A DNA stretch of 64,000 nucleotides from contig NC_042997.1 of NCBI RefSeq assembly GCF_006345805.1, positions 132,184,001 through 132,248,000 of the forward strand, read 5' to 3'. The stretch comes from Octopus sinensis (taxonomy: Eukaryota). The notes beneath the pieces were generated by a model. The model ran no database searches and was not told the DNA's origin. It saw only the letters and a program-made list of their open reading frames with translations. Positions 37,222-52,552 of this stretch are shown in pieces. How positions within the stretch are numbered: position 1 is the first letter of the stretch; every line of letters begins with the position of its first letter. Made by a program: the position numbers and the translations under genes.

Positions 37222-38535
37222 TAAGGAGGCGTGTTCCCCTGCTCCCGCCCACGTTGCCGCACTTGCCCTTACCTCTCCAACACCACCCGCCTCACTAGCA
37301 CCCACCATCGACCCTATCCCATCATCCACTCCTTCACCTGCACCTCCAGCAATATTATCTATTGCATCTCTTGCTCTCTCTGCAATTCCTCGTACATCGG
37401 ACAAACGGGACGCCGCTTGGCTGACCGGTTCGCGGAACACCTTCGTGACATCCACCTTGCGAACGACACACCAGCCTCACGCCATTTCCGCTCCACCGGT
37501 CACTCCTTGCAACACCTATCTGTGTTCGGTTTGTCCTTACACAGAGGCCATCCGGATTCCCGTTTGCGCCGTGAACAGGAATTAATCTTCTCTCTTCGCT
37601 CTTATACGCCATTTGGTCTCAACTCTCCCCCCTCCTCATCTAACCCCCCTCTCCCCCTCCTCACCTATCCTTTCTCCCCCCGACCCCTACTTCTTCAGTC
37701 CTTCATCCTTTCACCCCTACTCCCCTTCCCTTCTTCCCTCTTTCTCCCTCCCTCTTCCCCTTCCCTCTGCTCCCTCACTCCCCCATCCTCTCCTCTTCCC
37801 CCTTCTCCTCCCCCTCTTCTTCCCCTCCCCTTCTCCCCCCTCTTCTCCTCACTACACCACATGACTTTACACATCACATCACATATGATGTGCCATACTA
37901 ATACACACACCAACTAATACATACTAATACGTACTAATACATACTAGTACATACTAATACTTACACCAACCCTATACATACACACGTCCAGACCCCGCAT
38001 ACGCACTTATACTCTCTCTCACACCACACACACACACCTATACATACCAATACGTACTAATACATACTAATACATACTAATACATACACCAACCCCATAC
38101 ATACGCACGTCCAGAACCAATCCTACGCACTAATACTCTCTCATACACACACACACACACACACCCTTATACATACTAATACATACACCAACCCTATACA
38201 TACACACATCCAGACCCCTCCCACGCACTTTTAGCTGGTCCCTCAACCCGTTTATCAACCCTATTATCTCCCCTTATTTCGCTCTCGCGTCTCATGTTTG
38301 ATCTTTGACCTCTGGCCGAAATCAGATCGCCATGTTGATTCGTTAGCTACTGCACGCATTTTTTTCTCTCCTTCTTTCTGTGTTTTTCTCTCTCTGTGTA
38401 TCTTTCTGTTGAAGAGCGTAGGCTCGAAACGTTAAAGACTTGTTTTATTTATATTTCCTGAGCGCCATACTAATACAATTGTTTGTTTGTTTTCCACCTG
38501 CCTTCGTCTTTTGTTTATTTTCATAAAGCTTCCCG
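37222..38535 (+). mobile_element. Penelope-like (Neptune-type) 3' fragment: Zn-finger linker + GIY-YIG EN, pyrimidine-rich 3' region, ~120-bp tandem repeats, hammerhead-like terminal repeat
   Basis: PCSRPRCRTCPYL...FTCTSSNIIYCISCSLCNSSYIGQTGRRLADRFAEHLRDI...RHF...H...EQELIFSLRSYTPFGLN (37231-37623); ends at (TA)n/(TATG)n near 38535. Confidence 0.88.
38401..38438 (+). ncRNA. Minimal type I hammerhead-like motif (A6-to-U core change)
   Basis: Stem I TCTTT/AAAGA; CTGTTGA; A + GAG-CGTAGG-CTC; GAA + palindromic ACGT in place of helix III; H17=T38433. Confidence 0.55.
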
Positions 38536-39458
38536 TTATATATATATGTATATGTGTATGTATATGTATGTATGTGTATGTATGTGTATATGTATATGTG
38601 TATATATATATTAATTAGTGTATGTGTATGGACTAGTCTTCTGTGGGTGTATTGAGGTAGGTATGTGTATGCGGGTAGATATGAATCAGTAGGTACGTGC
38701 ACATATGTGAATATACGTGAATGTATGTAGATGTATGCGTGTATGAATATAAAACGTGCGTGTGCGTATGAGTATATGTGTACGTGTGAGTGTGTGGGCG
38801 TGAGTGAGTGCTTGCGTTCGTATCAGTGAGTAGATAGATAAACGGAATCTTTAGATCATCCCTTGAGGCCGGGCTGACCGCGGTCGAGATAAAAATAAAA
38901 ATAAAGATATAAACAAAAGTAGTAATAATAAAATTAAAATAAGAGAATAAAAATGTGTGTGTATGTGTGTGCATGTATATGCATGTGTATATATATGTGT
39001 GTATGTATATATATGTGCGAGTGTGTATACATATATGTATATATATGTATGTATATGTGTATTTGTGTGTACGTACATGGGTATGTGTATATATATGTAT
39101 ATATATGTATGTATATATGTATATGTATGTGTATGTATGTATATATATATGTATGTATATGTGGGTATGTATGTATATGTATAGATATATGTGAATATGT
39201 GGGTGTATATATATATATATATGTGTATATATATATATGTAGATGTACAAGTGAGAGTCTCCTTACTTACCTAAAACTCTATTTTCCTATTTATTTTTTT
39301 ATTCTTTTATTTATTCTTTTATCTACTTTACCACCGATTCCTTTGACCACTCCCCTAATAATGACAGTTTTGCGCCATGCCTACCCCCAAAAAGTTCCCC
39401 ACCATCACCCATTTAAACCTGCCTAAATGTATAAATGCCAAAACAACTCTTGTCTACT

Positions 39459-39509
39459 AGCTTCCTGATGATTTCTTTTGAATGAAACAGTTCTAGTCCT
39501 GTAGAAGCT
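39459..39509 (+). ncRNA. Type I hammerhead ribozyme motif with canonical core
   Basis: Stem I AGCTTC(39459-64)/GAAGCT(39504-09); CTGATGA(39465-71); stem II TTC/GAA with TTTT loop closed by a T.T mismatch; GAAA(39484-87); stem III ACAG/CTGT with 8-nt loop; GTA triplet, predicted cleavage after A39503. Confidence 0.75.
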
Positions 39510-39532
39510 CCTTCTATATAATAAAAAAAAAA

Positions 39533-40585
<1,053 letters not shown>

Positions 40586-40851
40586 AACAATGTAACATGG
40601 ATGAACCTGAAGAAAATACAAATAAACCAAAAAGAAAACAAACACAAAAGCACTACGAAACAGACGTAAAGAAATTTGATAAAGTAAATTGTAGTAATAA
40701 ACCAACTGGATAAGATGTGAGAGTAAGCTATGAAGGTCTGGAAATCTATACATAAACTACATAAACGCATATACACAAATATGCATACATATGTACATAT
40801 ACATACACATACTCACGCGCACATACTCACACATACACACACTCATATGCA

Positions 40852-40974
<123 letters not shown>

Positions 40975-41590
40975 ATGCATGCCCCAGCATGGCTGCAGCC
41001 TGAATACTGAAATAAATAAAAGAATATGTAGGCGCAGGTATGGCTTTATAGTTAAGAACATTGCTTTTCAACCATGTTATTTCATGCTCAGCTAGTTTCA
41101 CTGCGCAGTATTTGAAACAAATGTTCTCTGTTATAGCACCGAGTTGTCTAATGCCTTGTGAGTAATTTTGGTAGGTTGAAACTGCTTGGAAGCCTTTCAA
41201 ACGGCTTTTTACCTCTTTTCCTCTGCTTGTCAATCAGTCTTGGTTTGTTTTCGTCTCAGTAATTTAGCATTTCGGCAATAGAATGCGATAGAATAAATAC
41301 CAGACTTTAAAAAAAAGACATGAACTAGGGGCAAGTTGTTCAACTAAGCCCGTCAAAGCAGAGCCTCAGCATGGCCGTAGTTCAATGACTAAAATCGGTG
41401 AAAGATAATACAATTGCTGGCTCTCTCTCTCTCTCTCTATTTTTCTCTCTCCCTCACACACACGCACGCACACATTTTTCAATATTTATATTTGTGTACA
41501 GGCATGCATGCTCTTTGCATGTTGTTTCATGTATGTAAATATTATGAATGAATGTGTCTATGTAATGTATGTGTTTTGTGCAAACCAAGT

Positions 41591-41672
<82 letters not shown>

Positions 41673-41676
<4 letters not shown>

Positions 41677-41846
41677 TCATCATCATCATCATCATCATCG
41701 TTTAACGTCCGTTCTCCATGCTAGCATGGGTTGGACGGTTCGACCGGGGATCTGGGAAGCCAGAAGGCTGCACCAGGCTCCAGTCTTATCTGGCAATGTT
41801 TCTACAGCTGGATGCCCTTCCTAACGCCAACCACTCCGTGAGTGTG
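41673..41846 (-). mobile_element. LINE 3'-end fragment with (GAT)n tail, clade unresolved
   Basis: (ATC)n-GTTTAACGTCCGTTCTCCATGCTAGCATGGGTTGGACGG...GGATGCCCTTCCTAACGCCAACC; recalled as a common mollusc/annelid LINE tail. Confidence 0.55.
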
Positions 41847-41882
<36 letters not shown>

Positions 41883-42386
41883 AGAAGAATATACGTTGTT
41901 TTACTGATACAAATAAAGAATAAAGAAAACAAATCAAAACAATAAAAAAATCTAAAAAGTCCAGAGCATTAAAAAAGTCTTGATTTATTAATAGGAAATT
42001 TGTTACTGAGAAATAACACAAAATAACGTGAGAAGATAGGAGAGAATTAATGACAAGTGACGAGGGGATGGGTGATGATGGAAAGAATAGAAAGAAATGG
42101 CGAAAGAAAGTGGTTTATTGTCAACTATAAAATGGAAATAAAATGGCGGATTTGATGGTGTCGAATCTTTTTTTTTAAACATTAGAAATAATTACAGTAG
42201 AGTTAGATGTTGTGATTAGGATAAACTATTACGGGGATATTGAATATTACTGTCTTGTTGAAGAAGGAAGGGAGACAACCACGATCGTGAGCGGAAATAT
42301 ACAATTTGCCCTTGGTTTATGTCTCTGTACTAATGAGCCTAAATACATAGATAAATATAAATAAATAAATAATAAATGAATAAATA

Positions 42387-42797
42387 GCAGAAGTGGCTGT
42401 GTGGTAGGTAGCTTGCTAACCAGCCACATGGTTCCGGGTTCAGTCCCACTGCGTGGCACCTTGGGCAAGTGTCTTCTACTATAGCCTCGGGCCGACCAAA
42501 GCCTTGTGAGTGGATTTGGTAGACGGAAACTGAAAGAAGCCTGTCGTATATATGTATATATATATATATATGTGTGTGTGAGAGTTTGTGTGTCTGTGAT
42601 TGTCCCTCCAACATCGTTTGACAACCGATGGTGGTGTGTTTACATCCCCGTAACTTAGCGGTTCGGCAAAAGAGACCGATAGAATAAGTACTAGGCTTAC
42701 AAAGAATAAGTCACGGGGTCGATTTGCTCGACTAAAGGTGGTGCTCCAGCATGGCCATAGTCAAATGACTGAAACAAGTAAAAGAGTAAAAGAGTAA
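42387..42797 (+). mobile_element. SINE family A, near full length
   Basis: Head, (TA)n/(TG)n centre and GAGTAAAA tail, as at 48901. Confidence 0.9.
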
Positions 42798-43434
42798 ATA
42801 AATAAAAGATCATAAAGCCGGTTTGTCGGATTTTGTGGTGTGTATACAAACCCCTGGACGGGACGCCGGTCCGTCGCAGGATTACTCATTTTTACCATCT
42901 GGGTGAACTGGAGAAATGTGAAATGAAGTGTTTTGCTCAAGAACACTGCGCATCGCCCAGTCCAGGAAACGAACCACCATCTTACGATCATGAATGAAAC
43001 AACGTAACCACTAAGCCACGCGTCCCTAAACTTAAGCGTTTATTTTTTATTATATAGAAATATTTGTAACGGAGCATTCTATGCTCTGGGAAATGTGACT
43101 AATTGATAAATTAATTAATTTAATTATAAAGGGGCGCTAACCGCATATTTAGGTAATAAGATATAATAAAATAAAATAAAATGGGATTAGTTCCAGTATG
43201 TTAAGTGTTGCATATAACAACATCGGGATTACATAAATACACAGTCAACGACCCTTTATAATTGAAACTTTCTCACATATACACAGGCATACAGCCACAC
43301 ACGCATACTGACACCCATAAGCACACGCATAAAAGTACACTCGCAAATACTCATAAACACAAATACACTAGCAGACCTACTCATTAAGAGAAGGCCCAAA
43401 ATTAAACAGCAACAGCAACAGCAAAAATGATTTC

Positions 43435-44429
43435 AAATTTTGGCACAAGGCCAGGAATCCTGGCGGAGTTGGGGTGGAAGCCGATTACTTCGATCCCAGT
43501 GCTCGACTGATATCTATTTTATCGACGCTGAAAGGATGAAAAGCAAAGTCGACGTCGGTGGCATTTGAACTCAACGTATAGACAGACGAAATACCGCTAA
43601 GCATTTTGTTCGACGCCGTAACGATTCTTATTTGTTTATTACCCACAAGGGGTTAAACACGGAAGGGACAAACAAGGCCAGACAAAGGGATTAAGTCGAT
43701 TACATCGAACCCAGTGTGTAACTGGTACTTAATTTATCGACCCCGAAAGGATGAAGGGCAAAGTCGACTTCGGCGGAATTTGAACTCAGAACTAACGGCA
43801 GACGAAATACTGCTAAGCATTTCGCCAGGCGCCTCAACGATTCTGCCAGTTCACCGACGTTAGTTTATATTTAATATCGGTTTCAAAATTTGGCACAGAG
43901 CCAGCAATTTCGGGGGAGGCGTAAGTCGATTACATCGACCCCACTCTTCCACTGGTACGTATTTTATCGACTACCAAAAGACGACCAAAACATTAATGAA
44001 ATATAACTTGCTTTCAATACACTATTACCCACAAGGGGCTACACACAGAGGGGACAAAAAAGGACAGACATAGGGATTAAGTCGATTAGATCGACCCCAG
44101 TACGCAACTGGTACTTAATTTATCGACCCCGAAAGGAAGAAAGGCAAAGTCGACCTCGGCGGAATTTGAACTCAGAACGTAGCGGCAGACGAAATACCTA
44201 TTTCTTTACTACCCACAAGGGGCCAAACACAGAGAGGACAAACAACGACAGACAAACGGATCAAGTCGATTACATCGATTCCAGTGCGTAACGGGTACTT
44301 AATTTATCGACCCCGAAAGGATGAAAGGCAAAGTCGACCTCGGCGGAATTTGAACTCAGAACGTAGCGGCAGACGAAATACGGCTACGCTTTTCGCCCGG
44401 CGTGCTAACGTTTCTGCCAGCTCGCCGCC
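43435..44429 (-). mobile_element. Tandem multimer of SINE family C (about five cores)
   Basis: Repeated CGACCCCGAAAGGATGAAAGGCAAAGTCGACCTCGGCGGAATTTGAACTCAGAAC; heads end near 43860 and 44429. Confidence 0.88.
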
Positions 44430-44448
44430 TTCATAGATATAATATATA

Positions 44449-45418
<970 letters not shown>

Positions 45419-45419
45419 G

Positions 45420-45852
45420 GGCGTAGGAGTGGCTGTGTGGTAAGTAGCTTGCTTACAAACCACATGGTTCCGGGTTCAGTCCCATTGTGTGGCACCTTGG
45501 GCAAGTGTCTTCTACTATAGCCTCGGACCGACCAAAGCCTTGTGAGTGGATTTGGTAGACGGAAACTGAAAGAAGCCCGTCATATATATGTATATATATA
45601 TATGTATGTGTGTGTATATGTTTGTATGTCTGTGTTTGTCCCCCCAACATCGCTTGACAACCGATGCTGGTGTGTTTACTTAGCGGTTCGGCAAAAGAGA
45701 CCGATAGAATAAGTACTAGGCTTACAAAGAATACGTTCTGGGGTCGGTTTGCTCGACTAAAGGCGGTGCTCCAGCATGGTGGTGCTCCAGCATGGCGGTG
45801 CTCCAGCATGGCCACAGACTGAAACAAATAAATGAGTAAAATAGTAAAAGAG
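45420..45852 (+). mobile_element. SINE family A with triplicated 16-bp GG(C/T)GGTGCTCCAGCAT
   Basis: Direct match to 48901-49390. Confidence 0.9.
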
Positions 45853-46239
45853 TATATATATATATATATAATCTATTAGCTGTAATACTATTGTAGATAT
45901 ATATTCTATTAGCTGTAATGCTTGCATATGTACAAATTGATGACGTAATAGCAACACGTTTATTAGAACCAATGAACACTTCGCCATTTTCCCTCATCAC
46001 TGTAAACACCTTCACGACCAGTGTGTATTCGATTTTATTGGGTATTGTCATTGGTGCTGAATAGTCATTGGGAATTTAAGAGTTTCCGAAGAATTTTTTG
46101 GTTGTCATTAGAAATTAAGTGCAATAATTTTAAATGCTGCTAGGCTTTACGGTTCATTTGCCTATTTTTATTAAAGATTTTATACTGCTAAGTGCATAAC
46201 ACCAATCCCTTTTGCAAGGGCCAATAGTAATAAAAGGAA

Positions 46240-46735
46240 AAAAGACTTGGCGAAAGTTCTTCGTTCGATGAAAAATGAACAGATAATTACTTCTCCAAAA
46301 CAGCAAATGGATAATGGATTTTAGTTGTAAAGATTCGATTGTAGTTACAAAAAACGGTACAATTTTGAATACCAAAGTCAGCCAAGCATACGGAATGCAA
46401 ACAAAACTGAAAGGGGTTAAGACAACATGGCATTTTTAAAAGAGTCTTGATGCAAACAATAATCTAATTTCAAAAGGGATTTCAAAGAAAATACTTCAAT
46501 ATCCAGGCTTGTTATGAATTCTGCCAACTAATTATATATATAAAAGAATAATGATAAATAACTTTAAAAAAAAAAATGAAAAAGTAAAAAAAGTGAAGCC
46601 AAATATCGAAGGTGAATTTGTTGAAGATTGTTTTGTTCCTACTGCACGAAATTTAGCTCCAGAAATTATCTGAATGTTTGAGAATATTAGCTTATCACAG
46701 AAAACGATTTCTGATCGTGTGAAAGCAATGACTAA
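46240..46735 (+). pseudogene. hAT (Charlie/Buster, GTF2IRD2-like) transposase N-terminal fossil
   Basis: FDEK*TDNYF...CKDSIVVTK..YNF and KPNIEGEFVEDCFVPTARNLAPEII*MFENISLSQKTISDRVKAM (from ~46596) resemble KPFTDGEFVKEC...FENISLSRRTVTRR. Confidence 0.6.
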
Positions 46736-46869
46736 ATATCCCTTTGTATCCTTGAAACAAACGGATTGAACATTTATGTTTTAGTCGATAACTGCCGATG
46801 AGATACCAATATATATATATATATATATTATATATATTATATATATATAATATATATATATAGTATATG

Positions 46870-47059
46870 ATTATAATTTAGGGTAACTAAAGAGATACCA
46901 CCACGCTTGAAATAGCAGCCAAAACTTGACTCTAAAGCCACATTAAAAGTTCATACAGCACTCTCCTGGTGCTGTATGAACATTTAATGTGGTTTAGAGT
47001 CAAGTTTTGGCTGCTATTTCCAGCGTAGTGCTATCTTTTAGATACCCTTAAATTATAAT
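46870..47059. repeat. Imperfect fold-back palindrome, ~92-bp arms, 7-nt loop, next to (TA)n
   Basis: ...GTTCATACAGCAC-TCTCCTG-GTGCTGTATGAAC... with outward pairing to ATTATAAT. Confidence 0.92.
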
Positions 47060-47143
47060 TTTAATAATAATTATTACCTTTGAAGGTTTTTATTCCCATG
47101 CTGGCCACTTGATAAATTCGATATTTAAATAACGATCTTATCG

Positions 47144-47214
<71 letters not shown>

Positions 47215-47219
<5 letters not shown>

Positions 47220-48177
47220 AAAACTTACTTGGAAGAAGACGCGACGCGTGTGTTCAATCATATAATAACAATTTAATAAATAAAACATATGCATACATAC
47301 ATATATGTACATACCTACATCTATATGTATATATACATGTATATATGGGTACAGGACACCACAAATAAACGTAGAACACAACGAGAAACGAAGACATAAA
47401 CACAAAACAAGGAAACGGACTTTTTTTAACAACGAAAAACAGAGTACAAGACAAACACATTCCTCCCTGCCTATCTGTCTTCCTCTCTACCTGTCTCTCC
47501 CCTCTATTATTTTTCACCCTTTCTGGTTTCTTCTCCTCTCCCTTTAACCGTTCCCCCTCTCTCTCTCTCTCACTCCTCCTTCTCCTCCTCCTCCTCCCTC
47601 TCGTCGCTGACCAGAGGGCTACTAACTTTCTTTCTGTCTACTGCCTTCAACAAGTCAACAACGGCTTTCCCTGTCCTCGTAAGCCGTTCTTCAGAATGCG
47701 TTCAAATGAATTTTTCCACCGCCCAGGCTTAAAAAAGCCCTTATATTGTTGATTTCTCCTTGTCCTGTCTTTTACTGTTTTTATCTTTATTTGTACTGTT
47801 TCTTTATTTGTATTGCTTTTACGTCCTGTTCTTGTCACCTTTTTTTTACCCCTCCACAAAAACATTATATTTAATTCGCTTTGCGGGAAGGACTGTTTCA
47901 ACGTAGTCGTGTTCTGCCCTTACCTTCGAAACACGCAATGAGTCGAAACAGGGGCAGCTGAAGAAGGGGAATGTTCCTTGTGTTGTTTGTCTTGTACTCT
48001 GTTTTTTCGTTGTTAAAAAAAGTCCGTTTCCTTGTTTGATTTTATGTTTTCGTTTCTCGTTGTGTTCTACGTTTATTTGTGGTGTCCTGTACCCATATGT
48101 GCATGTATATATACATATAGATGTAGGTATGTAGATATATGTATGTATGCATATGTTTTATTTATTAAATTGTTATA

Positions 48178-48185
<8 letters not shown>
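47215..48185 (+). mobile_element. Non-autonomous Penelope-like element with inverted terminal repeats (same family as 44550-45418)
   Basis: 47265-47459 is the reverse complement of ~47984-48180; the interior shares TTTTCACCCTTTCTGGTTTC and CCTTCGAAACACGCA..GAGTCG...CAGCTGA.GAAGGGGAA with the 44.5-kb element. Confidence 0.65.
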
Positions 48186-48217
<32 letters not shown>

Positions 48218-48232
48218 GTTATATATATATAT

Positions 48233-48264
<32 letters not shown>

Positions 48265-48900
48265 TATATATATGTATGTATGTGTGTGTGTGTGCAATAC
48301 CACAGCACTGTTGTCTAGATTCGGATGTGAGATAACGACAAAGTTAGCCACATGATTTTTTTTCTATCAGTTTCAAATAACAAGGACCGAATCAGTTTAC
48401 TATTATCTCTCGTCCTACCAGTGATAGGATATCTAAATCAATACTATAATTGTACGCAACTCCAAACACTGCCAAGTACATTTTCAACTGCTGAAAAAGA
48501 GCAGAAACCAGAATCGATGGTGGAATATGCTTTTTGTTGTTTTAATAATTTTGGATCAACATCAAAAGAGGTTCCCAGATTTACAAAATAACGAGTTCGA
48601 ACTACAAATATGCGAAACCACATTTAATGGTATACCAGTTGACGCTTCTGATTCTACATAACATAATTCAGTTACAATTGGAAAAATACTTTGATATTCA
48701 AATTTAATTGTTTGTCTATTCTTGAATGTTATTAAGACGTATCATGATATTTAAAACATTATACCGTATGGGGTCTTTGATGCTCCAGTATTAAAAGCAT
48801 TATAACTATTTAGTAAATGAATGCATTAAACATTTTAATTAATGTTGCTTAATATGATCGCGTGCATACTTATGAATTTATAACCTAAATAGAACAAATA

Positions 48901-49390
<490 letters not shown>

Positions 49391-50695
49391 TAATCATTTT
49401 TTTCTCAGCACCGATGCACTCTCATAGTTTCTTATGCGTTAACAATTCTCACATGGTAATAGAAAAGTCCTCCACCATTGCTAGAGCTACAAGAAAAAAA
49501 GCAGCCAAATCGCCTTCAAATCATGCTCTTTCGCTGAAGAAACAGAGCGCTTTAGGTATTGAAGTACTAAAAACAACGGCATGTCTGAATAAAATACTGT
49601 GATCACTTTGCTGTGATCTATCGGTTGGATCGTACTTGTAATTTACAAGATATAGCCTTATCACATGCTATGTCACGCTGATGCTGCTTGAGAATTAGGT
49701 TAAGGATATACATGTCCGTGAAATACTCAGCCACTTACACGTTAATTCAGGAACAGTTAATTCATTTGCTCAAACAACTAAATTGCCATAATTGAACGAC
49801 GTTGGTTCATCACCAGTCACAACATAAGCACAGTTTGTGTAACTCTGGCCCATATGGGTTTTGATATGGTTTTAATTTGACCGCTAGCCCATATTTGGTA
49901 TCAAGAGTGACAACACACATTACAATTCGCCCATGTCGTTGTAATGCATCTTTAAGCGTATAGTCACAACTAGAATACCCTTGATCACGGATTTATTCGA
50001 TCAGAGAAAGCTAAAGACTGAATAAAACTACAACTATAACTACATAATGATGTGCATAATATTTTGTCTCACACAGAACTTTTCTTTAGAGAATGACGTT
50101 GTGGATCGTCAGACATCGGTGTTTCGGATTGATTTAACCCCCTCAGTAATAAACATAACAATTGTACTTTTGTATATATATTATAAATGTAACACACGTC
50201 GTTATTTTAAGGTAATACTGTTTCAACAACAATAATAATAGTAAATTCACTGTTTAACTAAAGTTGTATTTCCTCAGAGGAAGCACAATTTAATATATAT
50301 TTAAAAGACTTTACGTGAAGCAATTAATGTTGAAGCTAAATCAGTATGTGACAGGAATATAACTGATAACCAATGAAAATATGTAAAAGAAAAATAGAAA
50401 TATTAATTATTAATTTGACAATTTCTATAAATCAACATTGCTTCCTGAAACAAACTTGTGTCTCAGTTACGGAATTATATCTATGAAGTTGTTCTAAGAA
50501 ATACTGGAAAAGTCAATTAAGGAAATCTGAAAGTGCATCGTCATCAGCAGCACTATTTATATGTGGCTTTTGTTGATAGATAATCGCGTGGTTTCGTATA
50601 AATCACTACTTTATAAGTCAGTGCTTATTTTTCTTTACTTTAAAAATTAATTATTCATATATAATATACATGTGAAAAGGTATGTGTGTGCATAT

Positions 50696-50772
<77 letters not shown>

Positions 50773-50858
50773 AAAATATTAGGAATAAATCCAAACTTAC
50801 AGGAAAAAATCAGATTTAGGATTGAATCCAATTTTATAGTAAATATTATATTATATTA

Positions 50859-51076
50859 AATTAGAAACAAAACCACTATTATGCAAATCAAACAATGAAA
50901 AACTTAGCCAATACATATGATTAATTTATTTATTTAAATATGTAACAAAATTATTAAAAATTAATTATATTTTTTTAATAATTTTGTTACATATTTAAAT
51001 AATATAAATTAATCATAATGTATTGGCTTAAGTTTTTCATTGTTTGATTTGCATAATAGTGGTTTTGTCTCTAATT
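50859..51076. repeat. AT-rich fold-back palindrome, ~100-bp arms, between (TA)n tracts
   Basis: AATTAGAAACAAAACCACTATTATGCAAATCAAACAATG... pairs with ...CATTGTTTGATTTGCATAATAGTGGTTTTGTCTCTAATT. Confidence 0.92.
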
Positions 51077-51077
51077 A

Positions 51078-51121
<44 letters not shown>

Positions 51122-51143
51122 TATATATATATATATATATAAA

Positions 51144-51202
<59 letters not shown>

Positions 51203-51239
51203 ACACACACATGCACACATACATATATATAGTTCAAAT

Positions 51240-51380
51240 TTATAGAGAAATAAAAAAACGAAGACAGGTGTAGTGACACCAAGCAAGTGTATTAGTTTGA
51301 CGCCTCGGACGTTTCGAGCCTACTCTCTTCGATAGAAAGGAATAAGCGGAAATAGAGAGAGAATGAAAAAGAAAAACCTG
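51240..51380 (-). mobile_element. Second copy of the Neptune-type terminal repeat with degenerate hammerhead-like motif
   Basis: Reverse complement CTTTCTATCGAAGAGAGTAGGCTCGAAACGT (motif at 51311-51335) matches 38402-38432; the 3' stem I strand is deleted. Confidence 0.7.
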
Positions 51381-51550
51381 TAGAGACCACCGGTCCAACA
51401 TATGTACGTACGTACGTATGTATGTATGTATGTATGTATGTATGTATGTATGTATGTATGTATGTATGTATGTATGTATGCATGCATGCATGCATGCATG
51501 CATGTATGCATGTATGTATGTATGTATGTATGTATGTATGTATGTATGTA

Positions 51551-52060
51551 CAGCAGGCTATTACCGGTAAAGGTTTTACAGGGGACAGCCACTGTTGAGA
51601 AATCTCGAGTTGCACATGAGAAAGTAAGGAGGGATGTCAAGGAAGGGCATCGCTGTTACACTTCCAGAAGGGAAGGGTCTTCCTTTGATTCTGACATGCA
51701 ATGTCTGTGCAAGACCCTGCCTCAGTAAAGCTGGACCCATGAGTCATCTTCGTAGTCATAAAACGAGACAGATGAATGACAACCTAGCCACTGGTGGTGG
51801 TGTAACACACCATACTAATCATATCTATCGGGCATGTGGAAGAGAGCGCAATTCGGCAGGAGGACTTAAACGACATGCAAAGGTACATGAAGCCCAGTTA
51901 CAACTACAGCCGGCTATTACCAGTAAAAGGTTTTAGTTGCCAATTCTGTACAAGACATTGTAGATCTTTAGCTGGGCTAAAAGTCACATTCGATCACAGC
52001 ACCAGTAACAGTTAAGCTTCGTGCAATGGCTATACTCGATAACGAGGGGGCAGCCATAAT
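51551..52060 (+). mobile_element. RTE-like LINE 3' fragment with C2H2-like fingers
   Basis: TCNVCARPCLSKAGPMSHLRSH and CGRERNSAGGLKRHAKVH (ORF 51634..51936); flanked by (TATG)n; inverted homologue at 63490-63725. Confidence 0.5.
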
Positions 52061-52515
52061 GTATGTATATATGTATGTGTGTATGTATATATACGTATGT
52101 ATGTTTTTTTTATATCTTTTGTTTTACATTTTTAGTCATTAGACTGTGGTCATGACGAAGCACCGCCTCTAAGATTTTAGTCGACCGAATCAACTGCAGT
52201 ACTTTCTTTTTCTGTTAAGCCTAGTAACTTATTTTATTAGTCGCTTTTGCCGAACCGCTAACATACAGAGACGAGAACACACGAATACCAGTTGTCAAGC
52301 GGTAGTGAGGCACAAATATAAACACAAAGAAACACACACACGCACAAACACACGCATACACTCACACACACAGAAACACACACACACACCCTCACACACA
52401 CACACGCACACACACACGCACAAACACACGCACACACACACACGCACACACACTCACACACACACGCACAAACACACGCACAAACACACGCACACACACA
52501 CACACACACAAACAC

Positions 52516-52552
<37 letters not shown>

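Noticed and set aside
40607-40670. CTGAAGA ... GAAACAGACGTA hammerhead-like words
   Set aside because: No stem I or stem II pairing between the words.
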